DNA of 61,188 bases from Candidatus Nealsonbacteria bacterium. GTDB lineage: Bacteria; Patescibacteriota; Minisyncoccia; Minisyncoccales; GWA2-46-15. Below are positions 51,489-58,138 of this stretch, piece after piece. Position 1 is the stretch's first letter, and every line of letters begins with the position of its first letter. Made by a program: the position numbers and the translations under genes. Location of the stretch: positions 1 to 61,188 of the forward strand of contig JACQQI010000026.1 in the NCBI GenBank assembly GCA_016207115.1. Reading direction: 5' to 3'. The notes beneath the pieces were generated by a model. It ran no database searches and was not told the origin of the DNA. It worked only from the letters and a program-made list of their open reading frames with translations.

Positions 51489-52094
51489 TTACCAGGTGAC
51501 CAGATATTCGTGCGACTCTCCGCCGCTGAACGGGCACTTTATCTCCCGAGAATTCGTAGAGCGGCCCACCGTCATTTGGACTACGGTGGAGAAATAACCT
51601 TCGAGATATTTACACAGGATCGGATGGAGATTAAAATCGCGGAGGCGGAGAATGATCCTCCTCTCTTTCTCGTTTATCTCCACGATCGTCAATTGGCCGG
51701 CTCGATAATGCCTTTCCCACATCGCCGGCGCCTGCCGGGCCGTGAGGGTGATCGAGAGGAAGTATTTCGTGAAAAGTTTGATGATTAAAGAAAACTTAGG
51801 GGCGGCCTGGCCGATCTTTTTGATCTCTTCGTCGGAAAAACCAAAGATGTCTTTGATCGCCAAAAGGGAAATGACCCTCAACCCAATCGGGTAAAAATCC
51901 AGGGCATTGATTTCGGCGTACCTGATTGGGCGGCCAATTTCTCGGAATTTATCTTCCAATTTTTCCATCCCTTCCTTCCCTTCCCGATTCAAAATGTATT
52001 CAAAGTCCGTCTTAAAGACGACGCCCCTTACCTCGCCCTTAAGCTGCATCGATCTTTTTACCTCGGTCGCGCTGAGGAGTTGCTTTGGCTCCAT
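51489..52094 (-). CDS. Putative ligand-binding sensor protein (H-NOX/V4R/DUF2378-like)
   Basis: 201 aa. N-terminal LKGEVRGVVFK and a C-terminal REIKCPFSGGESHEYLV resemble the fold pattern of these sensor modules. Weak evidence. Confidence 0.3.
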   Translation of the reverse strand: MEPKQLLSATEVKRSMQLKGEVRGVVFKTDFEYILNREGKEGMEKLEDKFREIGRPIRYAEINALDFYPIGLRVISLLAIKDIFGFSDEEIKKIGQAAPKFSLIIKLFTKYFLSITLTARQAPAMWERHYRAGQLTIVEINEKERRIILRLRDFNLHPILCKYLEGYFSTVVQMTVGRSTNSREIKCPFSGGESHEYLVTW

Positions 52095-53040
52095 CTAATT
52101 GAGTTTTTAATTTTTTAATATCTTTTTTCAATTCGATCATCTTCAGCTCTCGATCGACGGCCAGTTTATTGAACTTCTCTAGTTGTCCCATTTTCTCTTG
52201 CAGGTCCTTGGTTCTTTCCTTGACCTGGCTTTCCAGCCCCAGGGCCAAATCCTCCAATTCTTTGGTTCGGGCACTCACTCGGATCTCTAAAATTTCTTTC
52301 GACTCTTCCAGGCTCTGGCGCGAAGCCCTTAGGTCTTCCAGCATTTTGTTAAAAGTTTCGGCCAGCTCTCCGATTTCCATCTGCCAGCCAACCTCGGTCC
52401 GGACGTCAAGATTGCCCCGCCGGACGTCTTCGCAGGTCGCCGTCATTCTCCGAATCGGATCAACGACACTCCGCAAAATGGCCAGGAGAGCTAGGCTGAG
52501 GAGCAGTAAAGCCGCCAGAGCGATGAAGAAATAACGACGCAGAAGGTTTTGGGCCAGGGCCTCGGTCTCCTTAAAGGAGAAACCGATCCAGATCGTTTGG
52601 TTTTCGTAGCCAGGATAGATGAGGAGCTTCACTTCTTCGTTTTGAAAAACGTCGTTCCTGATCAAGGGTTGCCCCGACTGGATAACTTTGACGACGTTGG
52701 GCTCTTTAATCCTTTTCCCCGTTTCTCCGGGCAGAGAGCTCTGATAAATCTCTCCGTCGATTTTAACGATACGGATGAAGCGAACGTCCTTAAACCGAGA
52801 CAAGCCGGCGATCAATCCCTTTTCGAGATCTTTTAAAAGAGAGATCTGATAAAACCAAGAGGGAGAGGCCACCGTCTCTTTTATCATTTCGGCTAGCTTG
52901 ACTTTCTCTTCGACGGCCGATTGAAAGAGGTCCTGGCGCTGCTGGATCAAGGAAAAGTAAACCAGGCCGGCGCCGACCAGCGTGGCCGCCGCGAAAACCG
53001 CCAGAATGATATTATAGATCGAGATTCGTTTTGCTCGCAT
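52039..53040 (-). CDS. Membrane sensor protein with HAMP domain and coiled coil
   Basis: 333 aa. Two TM segments flank a periplasmic-type domain. HAMP region (IRRMTATCEDVRRGNLDVR...IGELAETFNKMLEDL) followed by a long coiled coil. No kinase domain. Confidence 0.6.
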   Translation of the reverse strand: MRAKRISIYNIILAVFAAATLVGAGLVYFSLIQQRQDLFQSAVEEKVKLAEMIKETVASPSWFYQISLLKDLEKGLIAGLSRFKDVRFIRIVKIDGEIYQSSLPGETGKRIKEPNVVKVIQSGQPLIRNDVFQNEEVKLLIYPGYENQTIWIGFSFKETEALAQNLLRRYFFIALAALLLLSLALLAILRSVVDPIRRMTATCEDVRRGNLDVRTEVGWQMEIGELAETFNKMLEDLRASRQSLEESKEILEIRVSARTKELEDLALGLESQVKERTKDLQEKMGQLEKFNKLAVDRELKMIELKKDIKKLKTQLDGAKATPQRDRGKKIDAA

Positions 53041-53070
53041 AGTTCATTTTACCCCGGCCGAGTGGCAAAC

Positions 53071-53976
53071 TCAATCGACTCCTCCAACGGGCAGCTTGTC
53101 CAGCAGGCTGAAAAACCGCAGGCCCCGCAAAGCCTGGATGGCTTTATCCTGATCATATTCCCCCCAACGGCACGCCTCTAAGTCGAAGTCGATCTCCACG
53201 TCCCGCCGGATCTCGGCCAATCCCCGGCTCAAAAAAGCGCGGTCTTTCTGCTGGGATAATTTGTTATAAAGAGATTCTCTCAGTAGAGATTTATTTCGCT
53301 CGACGGTCTGATAAATATTTTCTAAATTTTGGAAGCGGTTAATCAGTTCGATGGCCGTCTTCTCCCCGATTCCCAAAACTCCGGGGATGTTATCCGAAGG
53401 ATCGCCCCGGAGAGCCTTATAGTCGATCAGTTGCCGGGGGCTGAGGCCCCGGTACTTTTCCCGCACCGCCGGGCCGTCGTAGAGGACTGTCTGGCTCACT
53501 CCTTTCTTCAAAATCATGGCTCTGGTTTTTTCGTCGACCAGCTGCAGCACGTCGGCGTCGCTGCTCAGGATGATCGTCTCTGGATTGAACCGGGTATTTC
53601 TCTCGGCTAAAATCGCGATGGTCCCGATCAGGTCGTCGGCCTCAAAGCCTTCTTTCTCGAAAGTTTTGATAGACAGAGTAGCGAGGAAGTCTTTGATCAG
53701 CGGTATTTGTCGATAAAATTCTTCGGGCGCCTTTTCCCGCTTGGCTTTATAATCGGGAAAATTCTGATGGCGAAAGGTGGGAGAGGGCAAATCAAAAGCC
53801 ACGACCACGAAGTCCGGTTTTAGTTCTCGGAGGGTTTTAAAGAGAATGGAGAGAAAGCCGTAAACCGCATTAATGATTTGGCCGTTTGGGGCCGTGAGGG
53901 GGGGTAGGGCATGAAAGGCCCGGTGGATGATCGAGTGGGCGTCGATAATGACCAAGAGTTGCTTTTTGTTTTCCAT
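53071..53976 (-). CDS. Stand-alone 5'-3' exonuclease (Pol I N-terminal / FEN domain)
   Basis: Start set at MENKKQLLVIIDAHSIIHRAFHAL (ATG 53976). SSDADVLQL and GDPSDNIPGVLGIGEKTA motifs. No polymerase domain. Confidence 0.85.
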   Translation of the reverse strand: MENKKQLLVIIDAHSIIHRAFHALPPLTAPNGQIINAVYGFLSILFKTLRELKPDFVVVAFDLPSPTFRHQNFPDYKAKREKAPEEFYRQIPLIKDFLATLSIKTFEKEGFEADDLIGTIAILAERNTRFNPETIILSSDADVLQLVDEKTRAMILKKGVSQTVLYDGPAVREKYRGLSPRQLIDYKALRGDPSDNIPGVLGIGEKTAIELINRFQNLENIYQTVERNKSLLRESLYNKLSQQKDRAFLSRGLAEIRRDVEIDFDLEACRWGEYDQDKAIQALRGLRFFSLLDKLPVGGVD

Positions 53977-54039
53977 TTGACTATTTAAATAAATCGATAT
54001 AGGGTGTAGAAATGTCTCCCAGCTTAATTCTAAATTATA

Positions 54040-55347
54040 ATGGTTAACTCCACCACTCCCAAAAAAGTTAGCGGAGAGATTCAAGTTTCTCGGCTCGGTT
54101 ATCCGGAAAAAATCAAGAGCATTCCGACTTTTGCGAGGACGATTGCGCAGATCGCCAAACAAAACGTCAGTGAACTCCTAGAGGCTATCTTTATCGGTGC
54201 CATTGACCTCGGCGCTTCTGATGTCCACATTGAGACCGAAGAAAAGCAAGTCAAGATTCGCCTGAGGATCGACGGCGTTCTCCAGGATCTCGTCGAGATT
54301 TCACACGAAGATTATCGGCCCCTTCTCTCCCGCCTCAAGCTGATTTCGGGGACCAAATTGAATATTAGCGACCGGCCCCAAGATGGTCGGTTTTCTATTG
54401 TCGACAACCAAAAAGGCATCGAGGTACGCTCCTCGACTCTGCCCGCCGAATACGGTGAATCGATCGTCTTGAGGGTTCTAAACTCGGAAGATCTGATCAG
54501 CCTAGAACAGCTCGGCCTACGGCCCGATCTTTTAGCGACTTTCCGTAAAGAAATCGCCAAGCCCAACGGGATGATTATCGTCACCGGCCCGACCGGCTCC
54601 GGCAAAACCACGACTCTCTACGCTTTCCTCAAGGAGGTGCAGAGTTCCGAAATCAAAATCATTACCATCGAGGATCCGATCGAATATCGGCTCAGCGGCA
54701 TATCTCAAACCCAAGTCGATCCAGCTAAGGGCTATGATTTTGCCTCGGGGCTGAGGGCCATCGTTCGGCAAGATCCGGACGTTATTTTGGTCGGAGAGAT
54801 TCGGGACCTGGAAACGGCCGAAATTGCCCTACAGGCCGCCCTGACGGGCCATCTCGTCTTCTCGACTCTACACGCTAATGACGCGGCCGGCACCGTCGCC
54901 CGGTTGACTGACCTCGGCGCCAATACGCCGTCGGTGGCCGCCGCCATCAATTCAACCATCGCCCAAAGACTGATCAGAAAAGTCTGTCCAAAATGCGTCG
55001 AATTAAAAACCATTACCCCCGACCTCTTGGACAAAATCAGCCGCGCCCTAGCCAATCTGCCTCCGAGCATTGAAATTCCTCCCCTAACCAAGGAGACTCG
55101 AATCCCGACGGCCAAGGGCTGTGAAAATTGCAGCTTGACCGGTTATCGAGGGAGGATCGGCATCTTCGAAGCCTTCTTGATTGACGAAGAGATGGAAAGA
55201 TTCATCCTTAAGAACCCGGCCACCAGCGACCTGAGAGAGAGGGCGACCGGAAAAGGCATGGTTTCTATGTACCAAGACGGCCTCATCCGAATTCTGGAAG
55301 GCATTACGACGATTGAGGAGTTAGAAAGAATCGTCGGTCAAGAGTAA
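54040..55347 (+). CDS. Type II/IV secretion / type IV pilus assembly ATPase (GspE/PilB family)
   Basis: 435 aa. Walker A GPTGSGKTTT, VGEIRD and a tetracysteine CPKC...CENC. Confidence 0.85.
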   Translation: MVNSTTPKKVSGEIQVSRLGYPEKIKSIPTFARTIAQIAKQNVSELLEAIFIGAIDLGASDVHIETEEKQVKIRLRIDGVLQDLVEISHEDYRPLLSRLKLISGTKLNISDRPQDGRFSIVDNQKGIEVRSSTLPAEYGESIVLRVLNSEDLISLEQLGLRPDLLATFRKEIAKPNGMIIVTGPTGSGKTTTLYAFLKEVQSSEIKIITIEDPIEYRLSGISQTQVDPAKGYDFASGLRAIVRQDPDVILVGEIRDLETAEIALQAALTGHLVFSTLHANDAAGTVARLTDLGANTPSVAAAINSTIAQRLIRKVCPKCVELKTITPDLLDKISRALANLPPSIEIPPLTKETRIPTAKGCENCSLTGYRGRIGIFEAFLIDEEMERFILKNPATSDLRERATGKGMVSMYQDGLIRILEGITTIEELERIVGQE

Positions 55348-55381
55348 GCAGAGCTTAGCCTCGAAAAGAGCGGGGTAAAAT
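55345..55381 (+). repeat. Family-2 intergenic element, copy d
   Basis: TAAGCAGAGCTTAGCCTCgaaaaGAGcGGGGTAAAAT. The TAA is the ATPase stop codon. Confidence 0.6.
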
Positions 55382-55588
55382 AAAAACCCCTTCAGGTAGG
55401 GGCATACCCGGACGCCAGTCGCGAGTCTCAAATTTTCCTGAGGAAGATTCTAGTATAAAATACCGGAGTCTCCTTCGCGGAAAATTCTCCCCGAAAGGGT
55501 GCCCCAACCTGAAAAGGCTTTTTAGCTACGACTAGATTAACTCTCTGAGGAGTAATCTCTGCGTAGATTATAACAAACTATTAATACT

Positions 55589-56371
55589 TTGTCAAGGCCA
55601 CGGAAACTTTCCTCCGTCCTCCTCCTTCTTCTTTCTTTCCCCTTCGGAGGCCTAGCCGCCAATCCCCCAGACGTTGTTTTCAACGAAATTGCCTGGATGG
55701 GGACAGAGCTTTCGGCCAACAAGGAATGGATCGAGCTTTACAATAACACCGATAATCTGATAGATCTAGAGGGTTGGCAGATCAGGGCCGTGGACGGCGT
55801 TCCCAAAGTCAATTTAACTGGCAAGGTTGTCGCCCGGAGCTTCTACCTTCTAGAGCGCACGAATGACGATACCGTTCCGGAGGTCAGTTCTCAGCAAATC
55901 TATACCGGCGCCCTAGAAAACAACGGTGAAGACCTCCGCCTCTTCGATGAGAAGGGCAATCTAGTTGACGAGGTTCGGGGCGAAGCTGGCTGGCCGGGCG
56001 GCGATAATTCCACCAAACAGACTCTGATCAGAGAGGGTTCATCTTGGTTAACTAGTTCTGTACCCGGCGGCAGTCCGGGAGTAAAAAATAAAGCGTTGGC
56101 CTCGACCGAATCTGACGCAGGAAAACAGGAGCCCGAAAGCACCACGGTTAAAGCAGCAGATCTAAAAGAGACACCGTCAGGAAAAAAGCGACCGGCGAGC
56201 CTGGCCCTGGCGGCCGTCGGTCAGTCAAAAGCACTTCCTTCGACCGCCCCGATCATCAAAAGACAAATTTCTTCTCCCCTGGGAGCGCTCGGACTACCTC
56301 TTTTCTTGGGCGCCCTTTCAGGAATCATTGTTTTAATGTTAAAAGTAGTTAAAGATAAAGAACGGTCTTAA
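55589..56371 (+). CDS. Secreted/anchored lamin-tail-domain (LTD) protein
   Basis: 260 aa with a TTG start. Signal-like LLLLLSFPFGGLA. LTD signature VVFNEIAWMG...NKEWIELYN...GW. C-terminal TM anchor. Confidence 0.65.
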   Translation: MSRPRKLSSVLLLLLSFPFGGLAANPPDVVFNEIAWMGTELSANKEWIELYNNTDNLIDLEGWQIRAVDGVPKVNLTGKVVARSFYLLERTNDDTVPEVSSQQIYTGALENNGEDLRLFDEKGNLVDEVRGEAGWPGGDNSTKQTLIREGSSWLTSSVPGGSPGVKNKALASTESDAGKQEPESTTVKAADLKETPSGKKRPASLALAAVGQSKALPSTAPIIKRQISSPLGALGLPLFLGALSGIIVLMLKVVKDKERS

Positions 56372-56380
56372 TCCAAAGCT

Positions 56381-57115
56381 ATGTCTGGACACTCTCACGC
56401 CAAAACCATCGCCCATCAGAAAGCTATCACCGATCAGAAAAGAGGGCAGATTTTTTCTAAGATGGTGCGGTTGATCACCATCGCCGTCAGAGAAGGCGGC
56501 CCCAACGTTGAGACCAACTACAAGCTCAAGGTGGCCATTGAAAGAGCTCGCTCTTTTAATACGCCGAATGACAATATCGAGAGGGCCATCAAACAGGCTG
56601 GCGGTGGCCTAGAGGGTAAAGAGTTAAACGAATTCCTTTTTGAGGCCTACGGTCCCGGCGGCATCGCCCTGATCATTGAAGGGATTACCGACAACAAAAA
56701 TAGAACTCTGGGGGAAATAAAGCAGATCTTGGCCCAGTACGGCGGCAAACTCGCCCAGGAAGGCTCGGTCCGTTGGCTCTTCGAGAGAAAAGGAGTGATT
56801 GCCCTGATCCTGGAGAATCAGGAAGGTGATTGGAAAAATAAAGAGACTCTAGAACTCAAGGCGATCGAGGCTGGGGCTCAAGACTTCGTCTGGCGAGATG
56901 ATCTTCTCGAAATCCACGTCCCCGTTGACAATCTTCATTCAACCAAGGCCAGCCTAGAAAAAGAAGGGGCAAAGATTGATTCGGCTTCGGCCGACTGGGT
57001 TGCCAAAGACGAATTTCCGATCGCCGAGACGGACCAGAATCTGGCAGAAAAACTTTTCAGCGCCCTCGACGAAAACAGCGACGTCCAAGACACCTATTCT
57101 AACCTTAAAGATTAA
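56381..57115 (+). CDS. yebC: YebC/PmpR-family transcriptional regulator
   Basis: 244 aa. MSGHSHAKTIAHQKA...GGPNVETNYKL. Confidence 0.9.
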   Translation: MSGHSHAKTIAHQKAITDQKRGQIFSKMVRLITIAVREGGPNVETNYKLKVAIERARSFNTPNDNIERAIKQAGGGLEGKELNEFLFEAYGPGGIALIIEGITDNKNRTLGEIKQILAQYGGKLAQEGSVRWLFERKGVIALILENQEGDWKNKETLELKAIEAGAQDFVWRDDLLEIHVPVDNLHSTKASLEKEGAKIDSASADWVAKDEFPIAETDQNLAEKLFSALDENSDVQDTYSNLKD

Positions 57116-57121
57116 CACGCT

Positions 57122-57640
57122 ATGATCGTTCTCGGCATTGACCCCGGCACGGCCACCATCGGCTACGGAGTTTTGAAAACATCCGGGCCGCGGAAGGGAC
57201 AAACTCGTTGTTTGGCTTACGGATTGATCGAAACAACGCCAGACCATCTTTTTCCTCAACGACTGGAGAAAATCAGTCGCGACCTAGATGATTTGATTGA
57301 AAAATATCGGCCGGAATTGATTGCCATTGAAAGTGTTTTCTTTTTTAGAAATCAGAAGACGCTCATTCCTGTCAGCCGGGCCTCGGGCGTCATTATTCTC
57401 GGCGCCGCCAAGAGAAAGGTTCCCGTCATTGAATTTACTCCGATTCAGGTCAAGGCCCGGGTGGCTAACTATGGACGCGCCGAAAAGGAGGAGGTTCAGA
57501 GAAGAATCGTCGAGATCTTGGGACTGAAGAGCGTGCCTCGGCCCGACGATGTCGCCGATGCCCTCGGCGTTGCCCTCTGTGGAGTCTTTTCTCTGACCCA
57601 AAAAGCCATCTCTCCGAAACGCCGCGGCAAAAAGAGTTAA
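57122..57640 (+). CDS. ruvC: Holliday junction resolvase RuvC
   Basis: 172 aa. MIVLGIDPGTATIGYGVL and DDVADALGVALC. Confidence 0.9.
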   Translation: MIVLGIDPGTATIGYGVLKTSGPRKGQTRCLAYGLIETTPDHLFPQRLEKISRDLDDLIEKYRPELIAIESVFFFRNQKTLIPVSRASGVIILGAAKRKVPVIEFTPIQVKARVANYGRAEKEEVQRRIVEILGLKSVPRPDDVADALGVALCGVFSLTQKAISPKRRGKKS

Positions 57641-57644
57641 GAGG

Positions 57645-57683
57645 TATAGCGAGCGAGGTCGCTCGATATATCGTACCCGCTAT
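57645..57683 (+). repeat. Family-1 repeat, copy H
   Basis: TATAGCGAGCGAggTCGCTCGATATATCGtaccCGCTAT. The inner hairpin GAGCGA/TCGCTC covaries relative to GGGCGG/CCGCCC in other copies. Confidence 0.75.
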
Positions 57684-57710
57684 TGACAAGATCTTTTAAG
57701 AAATTAAAAT
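57683..57710 (+). promoter_or_regulatory. Sigma70-like promoter overlapping the end of repeat H
   Basis: TTGACA (57683..57688), a 16-nt spacer, then TAAAAT (57705..57710). Confidence 0.5.
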
Positions 57711-57723
57711 TGCTCTTAGATAC

Positions 57724-57759
57724 CATTTACCTCGCCCTAGCGAGGCTAAGCTCCGCTTA
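57724..57759 (-). repeat. Family-2 intergenic element, copy b (no flanking genes on this strand)
   Basis: Minus strand reads TAAGCGGAGCTTAGCCTCGCtaggGCGAGGTAAATG. Confidence 0.65.
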
Positions 57760-57827
57760 AATAACGAAAAAGGTCGAGTTGGATAATTATTTAGGGCTTG
57801 AACAACTATTCACCGACATAAATTACT

Positions 57828-57977
57828 ATGTCACTGGACAAAGATATCTCCTTGCTTTTGAATACTCAGGGTGAGTGGGGAGAAGAAAGCGAAGAACCAG
57901 AAGAAGCCGAAGTGGAAGAAGGAACTGGCGCCGTCGAAGAAGACGACGACGAGGGGGCAGAGGACGAACTCGAGTAA
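57828..57977 (+). CDS. Possible 49-aa highly acidic protein
   Basis: Hand translation: MSLDKDISLLLNTQGEWGEESEEPEEAEVEEGTGAVEEDDDEGAEDELE. It lies between a predicted promoter and a terminator. No SD. Confidence 0.4.
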   Translation: MSLDKDISLLLNTQGEWGEESEEPEEAEVEEGTGAVEEDDDEGAEDELE

Positions 57978-58016
57978 ACAGAGCTTAGCCTTTTCACGAA
58001 GCTAAAAGGTAAATCG
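57975..58016 (+). repeat. Family-2 intergenic element, copy c
   Basis: TAAACAGAGCTTAGCCTTTTcacgaaGCTAAAAGGTAAATCG. The TAA is the stop of the acidic ORF. Confidence 0.6.
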
Positions 58017-58045
58017 ATTCTATTTGTTATTTTGAAAACGACAAG

Positions 58046-58071
58046 ACCCCGCCGAGCGGGGTTTTGTATTT
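58046..58071 (+). terminator. Intrinsic terminator
   Basis: ACCCCGC-cga-GCGGGGT followed by TTTTGTATTT. Confidence 0.7.
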
Positions 58072-58138
58072 GCGGCTGAACCTTTAAATCGGCGAGAAAA
58101 TCTATTAGAATGAGGAGAGATTAAGAAGACCGAACGGT

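Noticed and set aside
55382-55588. ~200-nt intergenic region upstream of the LTD gene, examined for SRP RNA, 6S RNA or RNase P RNA.
   Set aside because: None of the conserved motifs of these RNAs was recognisable by eye. It is left unassigned.
57640-57726. 29-aa minus-strand ORF starting at the GGTAAATG of family-2 copy b and running through repeat H.
   Set aside because: It is composed almost entirely of repeat-derived sequence and ends inside the ruvC stop region. It is most likely a by-product of the repeats.
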